64,000 bases of DNA from Phaeosaccion multiseriatum (GCA_965112735.1 OZ218955.1:2046001-2110000); one strand, 5' to 3'; counted from the first letter of the stretch, positions 46,323 to 58,917 are shown. Notes: generated from the letters alone by a model not told the origin. Translations and numbers: made by a program.

Positions 46323-48380
46323 ATGGGGTTCCTGTCCTCGTGCTGCTCGGGGTGGGAGACAGAGGTCACGCGGCACGACATAGTAGACCCTGCAGAGGCT
46401 TCGGAGCCCAAACTGATTGCGGTGTGCTTGGCCACGAGCCGGACGGGCTTGGCAGTGATAAACGCCCTTCTGTGCTGGACGGAAGAGTGGCGCGACGTTC
46501 CCGAGGAGGAGGAGGGGGAGGAGGGTTTGGCGGGTCGTCGACGACGAAGAGATCTTCATGTGGTTTCGCATCCTCTGTTCAAGGTCCGAGGCCTCATGCG
46601 GGAGCCGGTCGAGGAGGGGAAATTGTCTCCCGCGGCGAGAGCGCTCACTGAGAGAGGTGTTGAGCTTGTTCAGGCGGACCCCGAAGAGGAGGCGACCTTG
46701 GACTTGGCGTTGCAGGGAGCCTACGGTCTGTTCCTACACACCAGCTGTAAGTGCATGTGCCTCGCTGGTGGCTTTGGTTCTTGCTTGCTTGCTTGCCTGC
46801 GCCACAGATACAGAGAACGAGGGCACACACAAGGATGACTTGAAGACTGATCGACCGCGTCCCTTTGCCATTGCACGATGTTTCCTCTCATCCCCCTTCT
46901 ACCCGACAGTCTGGGAGCACCGACACGGAGGCCGACAGATGCTCCAGATCGACAACCTGGCAGAGGCGGCCAAGCGAGCCGGAGTCAGCTTCTGCGTCAA
47001 CGCTACGCTCGAAGACACGCGCCTCTACTACCAAGACGAGTGGACGCGAAGGCGAAGGAGCTAAATGTATTACAGGGCACCCCCTCGCTGCATCGGCTGC
47101 CATCCACGCATGCACGCCCCGAGTAAGTAGCCAAAGGGGCGGGGGCCACAGCATCCATGCCCAGATGTGAATGGACATGCCCACTCGTTCGTATGCTCAT
47201 TTCATTGCACGGTGTCTCTGCCCCCCTCCCCCCACCCACGCTACATCATACCTGTCTGCATGCCTCGCCCGCTCGCGTCGTCGATTGGGTTAAGGCTTTC
47301 CCTGCTGCCTGACCTAATCCTCGCTGCCTGATATCCATTGGGGTGCACATTGGATACGATTGATCACCTCCCTCCCCTTAATTGCTGCTTGTGTTGCTTC
47401 CTCAGCCTTCGATGCCAAGGGATGCATGAGGCCGAGGGTGAGGAAGGCAGTCCCCACTGCTGAGCTCTACACCTCGCTCTATATGGAGGACTGGCTTGAT
47501 CTCGGTGAGTGAGTGCGTTCGTTCCGTTCATGGGTTTTTTTGCTTCAGCTTTGTTACCTTCGTGGCCCGGAGCGGGGGACGCGCAAAGAAGAGAGCGAGG
47601 AGCCGACCGCCCCGCAAAGCATCGAAACGAAGGAACTCCAGAAAGTCGCACAATGCAAAAGGGGCCGCCACTAGCACCCAACCGCCTTGAGCTCCTTACA
47701 AAGCGCGGGTGTGACCATTACCGCATGACCAATCCGTCAGTCAATCAGTCAGTCAATCACCGTATGACGGTATGGTCGTGTAATGTGGCTATCACCATCA
47801 CCTTCCTCTGTAATGTGGCTATCACCATCACCTTCCTGTAATGTGGCTATCACCATCACCTTCCTGTAATGTGGCTATCATCGTCACTTTCCTTCCCTTC
47901 CCACAGACCTACTCAGGCCAAGGTACGACAGATGGGGAACGCTGGTCATGTCCTTACCCACGTTCGATGAGGTACGTGCGTGTACGTGTGTGTGTATGTG
48001 TGTATATGTATAAGGTATGTGTGGTATATGTGCGTGTGCGGCGCGGACAGGTAGGTGGGTGTGCGTGGTTCTTCGTAACGATGCGTCGTCCTTAGCGAAG
48101 CTCTAGCCCGCACGCCCGCACTCCCGCACCGTCCTCTCGGCGCTATGCAATCGATCACACCCGCTGTCAATTTACCTGCTACTGCCCATACCTACTGTGG
48201 CGCCCGCGCACAGATAATTCCGATGATTTCCGTCCAGGACGTGGGGCGAATGGCGGCGAAGATGTTCAAAGATCAGCTGAACGGATCAAGCCTCGTAGGC
48301 ACCAAAGTCTATCTCTGCAGCTCTGACATGCTCAGCGGGAGAGGTAAGTAAGGGCAAGCGAACGAAAGGGACGGGTGAAG

Positions 48381-48449
<69 letters not shown>

Positions 48450-48452
48450 ACG

Positions 48453-48485
<33 letters not shown>

Positions 48486-49616
48486 GGAGTGAGAGTGAGA
48501 GTGAGGGGCCATTGGGAAGGGGCCATACGGTGCACCACCGACTCTACCTACCACTCTCGAGACCGCGTTGGAAAGCACTAGCTTGTGTGCTGGTGGCTTG
48601 ACTGGGGCCTCCTCTTGGTTGCTTGGCCTTGCTCTCCTCCCCCCCTTGTGCCCTTGCAAACCTTGCACGGCCTGTGGTGGAGCGGAGCCTGAGGAGACGA
48701 AAGCGTCTATGCCTCCTGGGCCTCTCGGAACCGATGGAAGAAGGAAAGCTGAGAGAAGGCTTCACACGATTACGATATCTGGGCCTCTCGATTGGTTTTG
48801 CTGTTTGCTGTTGCTTGACTTCCCCCCCCCCTCTCTCCTTCTGTCTCACTCTCTCTCGCTCTCGCTCTTTCGCTCTCTCCCTCTCTATCTGGATCTCTTA
48901 CTACTGCTGCTTCACAGGCATTGCCCGGGCTTTCACCCACGCCCTCGGAGAACGTGTGCAATTCAAACCCGCCCACGTTGACAGCTTCATTAGCAATGGT
49001 CTCGGCGATCCCGAGGACGCAGCTATCATCGCTGCCACCTTTCGCTACATGGTGTGTGGGGGGAGAGGGAGAGGAAGGAGGGAGGAAGGGAAAGAGGGGG
49101 GGAGGGGGGGAGGGAGGGAGGGAGGAGAGGGAGGAGAGGGAGGGAGGGAGGGAGGGAGGGAGGGAGGGAGGGAGGGAGGGAGGGAGGGAGGGAGGGAGGG
49201 AGGGAGGGAGGGAGGGAGGGAGGGAGGGAGGGAGGGAGGGAGGGAGGGAGGGAGGGAGGGAGGGAGGGAGGGAGGGAGGGAGGGAGGGAGGGAGGGAGGG
49301 AGGGAGGGAGGGAGGGAGGGAGGGAGGGAGGGAGGGAGGGAGGGAGGGAGGGAGGGAGGGAGGGAGGGAGGGAGGGAGGGAGGGAGGGAGGGAGGGAGGG
49401 AGGGAGGGAGGGAGGGAGGGAGGGAGGGAGGGAGGGAGGGAGGGAGGGAGGGAGGGAGGGAGGGAGGGAGGGAGGGAGGGAGGGAGGGAGGGAGGGAGGG
49501 AGGGAGGGAGGGAGGGAGGGAGGGAGGGGGCAAAAGGTGGCAAGAAGGCTTGCTCAGACGGGCGGCATGCACAAAAACTCGTTCACGCTCTCTCTATGCA
49601 CAAAAACTCGTTCACG

Positions 49617-49647
<31 letters not shown>

Positions 49648-50120
49648 GCTCTCTCGCTCTCTCTGTCCTTTGCTCAACGGCTGTGGCTCGCCATGCTCGG
49701 CTGCTCATCTGGCTCGTGGTGCGGGACTCACACGTGCACACAAAAACACACACATATACACACACAACATGCACACCGCAACAAAAGGCGGACGATCCGT
49801 CCTACACAAGGAACCGCTGGAAGCGTTCTCTTCGCCCGCTGATGAGCAACATCACCACTCTGGCCCAGTGGCTCGAGATCTACAAGGAGGCCATCCTCGC
49901 CGCATCAGACTTGCAGGAGAGCAAAGAGACCGAAGCGGCAAGGCGCATACTGGCGGCGAGAGCGGTGGCGGCGAGAGTGGCAAAAGGAGGAGAGGCAAAG
50001 GGAGGGGAGACGAAGGGTCGGGAGGCGCACTCATATGCCAAGAAGGGCAGAGAGGCCAAGGAAGCCATTGGCAAAGGAGAGGCGGCGAAAAAGGAAGAGG
50101 AAGAGGCGCCCTGGGTGTGA
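46323..50120 (+). CDS. NmrA-like family protein, paralogue 2 (degenerate Rossmann motif, N-terminal acylation motif)
   Basis: Exons ~46323-46746, 46910-47039, 47076-47122, 47406-47504, 47907-47971, 48214-48343, 48918-49051, 49788-50120. Collinear with paralogue 1: LIAVCLATSRTGLAVINALL, FKVRGLMRE..AARALTERGVELVQAD, ALQGAYGLFLHTSFWEH, NATLEDTR, APTFDAKG, IPMISVQDVG, ATFRYMADDPSY, LAQWLE. Confidence 0.82.
47779..47892. repeat. 28-30-bp tandem repeat x4, intronic
   Basis: Unit tgtaatgtggctatcaccatcaccttcc, directly abutting with no spacers. Confidence 0.9.
48375..48505. repeat. (GTGAGG)n microsatellite, intronic
   Basis: About 18 hexamer units. Confidence 0.9.
49138..49527. repeat. Long pure (GGGA)n microsatellite, intronic
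   Basis: About 390 nt of uninterrupted GGGA. Confidence 0.95.
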
Positions 50121-50545
50121 ATGCATGGCGTGTGGTACGGCAGAGAGAGGGGCAGAGGCTCGAGGGGAAGCGGCGAGAACGGAAGAGGCGACAGAAGCAG
50201 AGGCGACGGAGGAAGCGGCGAGAGAGGAAGACGAGGAGGGAGGGAAGACGAGGCGAGAGAGGAAGACGAGGCGAGAGAGGATGAGGGGAGAGAAGAAGAA
50301 GGCCAGAGAGGCCGAGGTGGGACAGCACGAGGCGCACTCACTTACTCACCAAGGACGCCAATGAAGCCGAGGAGGGCGAGGAGGAGGCAATCCGCGGAAT
50401 ATTGGCGACAGAGGCGATGGAGGCGATACAGGCGAGAGAGGCACAGGCGCCTTGTGTGTGAGTGAGCGGCGGTGTGCAGTGGACCGAGCGACCACTTGCA
50501 TCAGAGAGGACAAGAGGTGGGTGGGCGTGACGTGCTGTGCAGGTA

Positions 50546-50652
50546 GCAGAGGCCAGCAGGGGCAGAGGCCAGCAGGGCAGAGGCCAGCAGGGCAGAGGCC
50601 AGCAGGGCAGAGGCCAGCAGGGCAGAGGCCAGCAGGGCAGAGGCCAGCAGGC
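50546..50652. repeat. 15-bp tandem repeat x7
   Basis: Unit gcagaggccagcagg. Confidence 0.9.
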
Positions 50653-51209
50653 CGCACACGCCTCTCTCTCTCTCTCGGCAAGCACTGCATGACTGTATGA
50701 CTGTATGACTGTATGACTGTATGACTATATGACTGGACGACGCACTTGATGCGATACCAATAGCAATAAATATGGGGGAGGGGGGAGGGTGGGGGGGGGG
50801 GGGGAATAGAAACTGAAACTGAAAGTGTGTGTGGGTATGTCTATAGCGAGGGTGGCGCGGTGGGGTATAGCACGCCCCCATGCGATGCATTTAGCGAGCG
50901 TGGTGAGCCGTGGCGGTGTGGTGGCGTGGAGTGGTGTGACAAGCCCCCATGGACTTTAGACAGCGAGCGTGGCACATTGGTGCCGCCCCTGCTCGCACAT
51001 AGACTCACACCATACCGTGCACACAGAGTGGAGGTGATACGTAGGTAGGTACGTAGGTAGGTACGTAGGTAGGTACGTAGGTAGGTACGTAGGTATGTAG
51101 GGAGGCAGATAGGCAGAGCGGCATCCCCCCAAGTTTCATCAGGTCTACATTTTTGTGCACAGCAGAGCGGCGCAGTGTCATTTGGATGGGAAACAAACGG
51201 AATTCAGAG

Positions 51210-51319
51210 GCCTCCCAGTCACTCGTGTGCGAGTCAACTCTCCTTTATTTTAGACTCCTTTATCGCCTCCCAGTCACTCGTGTGCGAGTCAACTCTCCTT
51301 TATTTTAGACTCCTTTATC
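51210..51319. repeat. Exact 55-bp tandem duplication
   Basis: gcctcccagtcactcgtgtgcgagtcaactctcctttattttagactcctttatc at 51210 and 51265. Confidence 0.93.
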
Positions 51320-51495
51320 CCCCCCTCCCCCCTTGTCCTGGCCTCACCGCCCAGCACAGCAGGACAGCACACCCAGCACAGCAGGACAGCACACCCAGCA
51401 CAGCAGGCCGTAGGGGCGAGGAGCGAAGCGAGCCCCCCTCCTTCCTTCCCTCTTACTCATGTTGCTGCTGCTGCTCCTTTTGCTTGTTCCCCAGC

Positions 51496-53544
51496 CTATC
51501 CTACTACTTTCCCCTTCTCTTCGTTGTGCAGCGTGAACATTACCTTGATAGCATCCCTGCCCTCTGCCGACTTTTCAAAGCCTTCCACCACTGTCTTCTC
51601 GCTAAACCCACCACCCCCCTCCGGCGTGAGATCATAGCGATGTGTAATCAAAGGCTGCACGTCAATGGCTCCACTGCGAATCAACTCGATGGCCGTGGGG
51701 TACGCATTTCGATACCGAAACACACCCAAAATATCCACCTCTCGCACCGCAGTGCCCGTCATGGGCAGCAGCATTTCGCTATGTCCCATACCCACCAAAC
51801 ACACCTTACCCCCGCTCTTTGCGGCCACCATGCTTGTCTGCATGCTTGACTCCATCCCCACACAATCGATCACCACGTCAGGTTTGTTGCCCCCGAGAAG
51901 GCGGGCCACCTCTGTGGCTGTGGCGGTGGGGTCTAGAGATTTGACGTTGAGAACCGCTGTTGCCCCTGGGGAGTGTGTGTGTGGGGGGGGGGAGGAGGGC
52001 AACAATGTGAGGGAGGCAGCAAGAGATAGGAGCGTGTTGGCAGAGTCGGGGAGGAGTCGAGGGCCAAGCAGGAGGAACATCCGCGGTGGGGGGTGCTGGG
52101 GGTGGGTGGTGGTTGAGAGGCCGTGCGAAGAGGGGTGGGAGAAGAGAGAGAGAGAGGACAAGATGATGAGGAGGAGTTGAGGAAGATGAAGGGAGGAAGT
52201 GGGGAAGGAGTAGGAGGAGGAGGAGATAGAGAGAGAGGAGCCATTCATCGACCGAGCACACATCCACCAAGACACAGCTCACCGAGCTGCTTGCACGTGT
52301 CTAAACGCTCGTTGGCGATGTCCGTGACGACTGTGGCTGTGGCCCCAAAGGCTTTGCACACCATCATAGTCACAAGACCGATGGGGCCGGCGCCCAAGAT
52401 GGCAACCTGTGGACGGTGGGGTGGGGTCAAATGCGTGAGGTGTGTGTGAGGGGGAGGTGGGAAGAGAGTGAAAGGGGGGAAATGGGGTGGTCATGCGGTA
52501 CGGAGAGAGAGAGAGAGGGGGGGGGGGGGGAGAGAGTCAATATGATCTTATCACGAAAAAAGAGTCAGAGAGGGCCGAGGGGAGGGCAATTCCGCAGCTT
52601 GCGGTTTGCTTTCTCCCTCGCAATCCACGGCAGCAGCAGCAGCAGCAGCAGCAGCAGCCGCAGCAGCAGCAGTAGTAGCAACAGCAGCAGCAGCAGCAGC
52701 AACAGCAACAGTTCATATTTCACATGATTGGCGTCGCAGAACATGTCCCTCTCACACACCTTATGCCCAAAAGCCACTCCTGCTCTTTCACAAGCATGCA
52801 CGGCAACAGAGACGGGTTCACACATGGCTCCTTCCTCCAGAGTCATGGAAGAGGGCAGCTTATGGCAAAAGTCGGCGGGGTGGCTGACGACTTGGGCCAG
52901 AGAGCCGTGTATGGGGGGCGTGGCGAAGAAGGCCATGTCCTCACAGAGGTTGTACGTCCCGCACTTGCAGAGGGAGCAGCAGCGGCAGGGAACCCCAGGC
53001 TCTAGGGCGACCCGGTCACCAATCTGATTGATGCGGAGGAGAGGAGAGACGGGGGAAGAGGGGTGAGGAGTGAGGGGGAAGCGGTGTGGGGGGTGAGGGG
53101 TATCTGGCCGCCGAGGCAGCCGACACATGGATGGAGGAGAGGGAACGTGCGTCGCTTGTCTGTGCTCTCGTGCTCACCTTGAGACCCCCTTCGCCCACAT
53201 CAGGGCCCGTCTCGATGACTATCCCGGCGCTCTCATGACCGATGACCATAGGCTCCTTCACAACAAAGTCTCCAATCTTCATGTGCTTTAGGTAGTGCAC
53301 GTCGCTTCCACAGATCCCCACAGCCCCGATCTATAGTGCATGGGAGAGTAGCGTCCGAAGAAGAAGCAGAATGTGACTAGTTGCCCCTTTTTGGATACAG
53401 GGGGAGGGACATCCGGAAGAACCTCGCTCGTACCTGGACTCTAACATGGTTGCCCTTCAGCGGCTTGGTAGCGGCGGGGAATGGCTGCACCCTTAAATCG
53501 TCCACCCCATGGAGCCACGCAGCGAGATTCTCCTTGTTTGCCAT
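51496..53544 (-). CDS. SORD: NAD-dependent sorbitol/xylitol dehydrogenase (Zn-dependent MDR family)
   Basis: Five exons. [22 protein letters not shown]; [10 protein letters not shown]; [10 protein letters not shown]; [42 protein letters not shown]; [16 protein letters not shown]; ILGAGPIGL; [16 protein letters not shown]; LITHRY; AIKVMF. Confidence 0.95.
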
Positions 53545-53855
53545 CGTCGTTGAGCCTAAGCGAGGAGTGTTGAAGGTTGAAGGTCGAACACCATCGCCAT
53601 CTGTGAGCCAGTTTCCGCTTCAACTTGCCCCCGCCCCTTTTTTGATCCTTTTTTCATGAAGCACAGCTAAGAGTGAAAAAGGAAAGAGTCCAGAGTTGCT
53701 GCATGGCCTTGAAGTGCGTATGTATGTATGTACATTTAAATGAAGTTAAGTTAAGTTAAGGTTAGATGGAAAGAAGGGAAGGTCAACGCATGGCGGAAGC
53801 GTTTCACAACGCTTCCACCAATACACCCCACCCACCCATCCATCGCTCCCTCCCT

Positions 53856-56800
53856 CTAGGCTACATCGCAGATGAGGGCAACTCCCGCCATGACCCAGCG
53901 GGCAGCAGGAGACTTGGTCTTGAGCTGTGCACAGAACACAAAGGTGGGGCCCCGCTGCTCCGTCTTGTACACAGGGCACTGGTAGATGCCTTGCGTCTCT
54001 GCCCTGTCCGCGCTCACGCCCTTGACGTTCATGATGGGCATGGCACAGAACATCTCCTTGGGGCGGGACTTTTCGATGGAGGTGTTGTTAGGCTCCCATC
54101 GAGCGCCTGAAGGGGGGTGAGGAAAAGGGGGGGGAGTAGGGGTGAGGGAGAAAGAAGGGAGGAAGGAAGGAAGGAAGGAAGGAAGGAAGGAAGGAAGGAA
54201 GGAAGGAAGGAAAGAAGGAGGGAAGGGAGGAAGAAACGAAGAAACGAAGAAGCGAAGAAACGAAGCAATGATTGAAGAGGGAAAGCAAGACCAGCGGGGC
54301 GCCGCTCACCTTGCATGGACAGTCCGTTGATCAGGGCGCCGTCCTTGCTGTGGGAGTCCACTTCGTCAATATTCATCTTCTTCGACACCTGCAGGGGGAG
54401 AGACAAAGAGAGAGCGAGAGAGAGAGAGAGACAGAGAGAGAGAGAGGGGGGGGGGGGGGGAAGGAGAGGGAGGAGAGAGGGGAGATAGGGTACAGAGAGG
54501 GGAGAGAGGGTAGAGAGAGAAGAAAAGAAAGTGAGAGGGAGAGAAAGAGACGGCAGCGAAGGGTATTGTATCCGACATCAGCATGGCACAGAGGCGTGGA
54601 CATGCCAGGAGCAGAAGCAGCAAGGCGAGAAATAGAGCACACACACACACACGCACGCACGCACACGCACACGCACACGCACACACGCACGCACGCACAC
54701 GCACACGCACACACGCATAGAGAGACAAACTCACGCCCACACCCCACACACGTGCACCTTCTTCCCTTCTTCCCTGTTCCCTCTTGCCCTCTCCTCACCA
54801 CACTCAAACTCAAACTCAAACTCACCTCCGCTTGAGTAACGAGCTTGTCCAGCTCCCACTGGTTCTTCTGCGCGGTGACTTGGCAGATGGCAGTGAGGAA
54901 GGACTGGGGGTTGGTGAGGCCGGACAGCCACGTCACCTTGGGGATTTCCGTGGGGTTCACTTGCCATTCGTCCAGCTGGTTCAGGCGCCTGAGGGAGGGG
55001 AGGAAGGAAGGGAGGAAGGGAGGGAGGGAGGGAGAGGAGGGTAAGGCTGCTGCCAGCCTCTTGCCATTCTCTTGGCACCCTCTTCCTCGTTGTGCACTCT
55101 CTTTTGCTATCCTCTCTGTTGTTATGCTCTCTGTTGTGCTCGCTTCTTCTCTTCATCTGTCTCTCTCTCTCTTGTTTGACTCACATGGACAGGTCGAGCA
55201 GCCAGGTGGCCAGACTGCGCAGGGAAGGCCACGCCCTCTTGCCCCAGTTCGCAGGAACCTTGTCCAAGTACAGGCTGAAGGGAAGAGGAAAGGAGTGGAG
55301 AGAAGGGAGACAGAGAGACAGAGAGAGAGAGACAGAGGGACAGAAGATGGTGAGCGTCCAGAGATGGAGTACCCACAGCAACATTACATACTCACAGCGC
55401 ACGTGTACAACAAACACGCCAACATGTATCACGCACTCCGCCAACTTCCTCCCATCCATCTCCCCCATCTGTATCACCAACCTGTCCATGAGCCCCTCCA
55501 TAGCGTCGCTCATGGTCAGCTCGCCTGCAAACCCTTGCTGCAGCTCCTTGAGGCTCCGGACCACCTCCGTAATTAGTCCGTTCATCACGTCCATCTCCTG
55601 CAAGAACACGTTCTGGTAGGGCCCTGCCTCCTCCATGGAGCGGACTAGGTCCTCCACATCGAACTTCTTCTCTCCGAACTTCTCGAGGATGTCCGATGCC
55701 ATTTGTGAGACCACCTGTTGTATATATGGGTGTGTGTTTGGGAGGGTGAGGTGGAGTGGGTGGGTGCGTTGGGTGCTCCTGACTACCCATATGCCCTGAC
55801 TGACTGACCTGCTCTGGCGTGGCCACTCCCTCGCCGCTGGCAGAGTCCCTGGGCTGCAGTTCCATCAGCGTCTTGAACATGACATCACTCTGAGTGGTGC
55901 GGAAGTCGATCTCGGCGTTGGGGTGCAGGCCGAAAGCGATGGGAGTGTCGCTCTGTTCGGGGAGGAGGGAGGGAGGGAGGGAGGGAGGGAGGGAGGGAGG
56001 GAGGGAGGGAGGGAGGGAGGGAGGAAGGACGGGTCAGTGAACCAATCAAGCAAAATCAATATAGAGGCGCACACAGCGAGGAAGACAAGAACGACGCAAA
56101 ACATACTTATGTATGGAAGGAGCGATAGAGACACACAACACACAAAGAGAGAAAGAGGCGCCCCCCACCCACCCACCCAACCATCCATCCATCCATCCAT
56201 CCATCCATCCATCCATCCATCCATCCACCCATCTATCCATCCACCCACCCATCCACTCTCTACTCCCAGCCTTCGACCCCCAACCCCATCCATTGCCTAA
56301 AGCACCACCACCCATGGACATTGCATACCCTCTCACCTTCATGCACTCGTCAATGTGCTCAAGGTACTTGTCGTAAGCGGTGGGTGCAGGCGACATGAAG
56401 CTCACGCCCTTCTCGTCCTCGGCGAAGGGGTACAGCTCCGTCTCGTCCAGCAGCTCGTCCTGAGGAGGAAGGGGGGTGGCAGTGGGTGGAGGGAGGAGGG
56501 CGTGGGGGGGGGGGGTGAGGCGATGGCAGCTCATGAAGGGGGGATGAGGGGATGGCAGTAGAGGGAAGAGAGCAAGCCAGTCAGTCTATCAGCCAGCCCT
56601 ACCAACAGCAAACCTCAACCTCAACCGTCAGCTAGTCTGCGAGAGTGCTATATGTGCCATAGCCTTAGTCTTAGTCTTAGGAAGCCCTGACCTTCATGAA
56701 GAAGTCGAGGTAGGCGTTGGCGAGGAGCCTGTCGAAGTCGTTGACGATGTGCCCTCCGTACATGATCTCTCCGAAGATGTACTTGAGATCTTGCCAGGGG

Positions 56801-58320
56801 ATCTTGCCACCGCCTGAGGAGGGGGAGTAGGGAAAGGTCAGGACAGTTGTGAGAAGTGAAGAAGTGTCGGGACAGTGAGTGGCAGGACAGTGAGTGAGTG
56901 AGTGAGTGAGTGAGTGAGGGAGTGAGTGAGGGAGTGAGTGAGGGAGTGAGTGAGTGAGTGAGTGAGTGAGGGAGTGAGTGAGTGAGTGAGTGAGTGAGTG
57001 AGTGAGTGAGTGAATGAGTGAGTGAGTGAGTGAGTGAGCGAGGGAGTGAGGGAGTGAGTGAGTGAGTGAGGGAGGGAGTGAGTGAGTGAGTGAGTGAGTG
57101 AGTGAGTGAGTGAGTGGGCGAGCGTCACGACAGTGAAAGAGTGAATGTCAGGATAGTGGAGAAGTGAGGAAGTGTCAGGCCAGGCCAAACAGACAAGGAT
57201 TTGACCGTGACATACCTGAATTCTCCATGTAATTCATCAGACACGTGGTCGAGTCCCTGAGGTCCCCAAGCGAGAAGGGGTACATCATGTTGAAGCCCAT
57301 TGGCCCATAGAGCTTTCTTTCCATCATAATGGCGTGGAAGTGGCACAACCCAAAGAGGATGGACTTGGTCTTGGAGTCCACTTCGTCGATAAAGTCCCTA
57401 GAGAAGTTGGCAAAGGCTCGTTTGAGATTGGCCTTGAGGCCGGCGGGGGGCTCGTTGGTGAGCTTGATGCATCGGGCGAGGATGCCGATGGGAATGCCGG
57501 CCGAGGGGTCCGAGGACAGATAGAGGCGGAACTTCTCGTGGCTGTTGGTTGGAGGGGGTGGCAGGGGGGGAGGGGAGGGGAGGGGAGGGGCGGGGAGGGG
57601 AGGGGAGGGTTGTGAGGCACCACTGACACGCATACACAAGCACACACAAAAACACACATCCCCAACCCACCCACTCACCGACCCCCGCTCATTGCCTTCC
57701 ACACATCCCTTTACCCTTCCTTACCTTCCCTCAAGCGCAAACTCATCGAGCTTCTTCTCCAGCGTAATGAGCCACGTGGGCATGAGATGAATATTGTTGA
57801 GGATGACCCAATGTCCGTTGCGATGCGCCGTCTCGAGGCATGCCATGGCCACCACGTCCTGCCCCTGTCCCATTGACACATTGTGGTAGGAGGTGTTCTT
57901 GATGAACTCGTACTTGTCGGCCAGACGGTCCAGGTCGCCCACCACGTTGGCGCCTGTGGGGGTTTAGTATGTCAATGGGTGGGTGGGTGAGTGAGTGGGT
58001 GGGTGGGGATGTGCGGTAAATAAGTCAGTAAGTCATTAGTAAGTCAATGAGTTTGACTGCAACCCCCTAACATCGTGTCCCCCATGTTCCAGCCCCCCTC
58101 CCTTCCCATCCACTGCCATCCACTGCCATCTACTGCCCTCCACTGCCATCCACTGACCGGGCGAGAGGATGAAGTAGATGGGCGTGGTGGTGGTGCTGTC
58201 GAGGAAGCTCTCCTCGAGGATCTGGAAGGAGTTGAGCGTGCTGTCGCAGTCCGCGTAGGCGTTGCCGTTGGGGAGAGTCGTGCGGATGAAGTTGCTCAGG
58301 GCCTGAGAGAGAGAGAGAGT

Positions 58321-58366
<46 letters not shown>

Positions 58367-58871
58367 ATCCAGCGGTGGGGTGTTTGGTCAGCACGGCCAA
58401 AGAGTCGCATACTCTGCACGTACACACGCAAGGATTATGTAATATTATGTATCTGTACACAAACAAGGAGTCAGGGGATTGATTGAGTTCCCCTCCTCCC
58501 CCCTTCTCCTCTCCCTTCCCCTCCCCTCCCCTCCCCTTCCCCTCACCCTCCTCCCCCTTCCTCTCTTCCCCCTTTCTCTCTCTCTCCCACCCTCCCTCCC
58601 CTCCCTCCCCTCCCTCCTCCCCCTCCTCCTCCCCCTTCCTCTCTTCTCCCTCCCCCCCCCCCCCCTCTCCCCTCCCCTCCCCCTCCCTCCCTCCTTCCCT
58701 CTCTCCAACTCCTCCCCAAACTCACAGTGGTCATACGGTCGGGTCTCAGACAGCGCACCACAAGCATTTTCTGAAATGGCTGCCTGTCCAGGCCGCTCCA
58801 GTCCAGAGGGAGCTTCTCCGTCTCGGGAGATATGTGGTTGAACCATTCCCTGTGTGTATGTGTGTGTGTGC

Positions 58872-58902
<31 letters not shown>

Positions 58903-58917
58903 CGAGTGTGCGTGTGT

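Noticed and set aside
47779-47892. 28-30-bp repeats resembling CRISPR repeats in length (also 427-538 and 60925-61050)
   Set aside because: The units abut with no unique spacers, lie inside eukaryotic introns, and no cas genes are present. They are minisatellites.
48623-50284. Long ORFs such as 48623..50284, 11085..11746, 17026..17510, 28939..29943 and 61645..62270
   Set aside because: They are translations of stop-free microsatellites (GREG, CLSV, FPSLP, THSL, PSFL) in introns or intergenic DNA.
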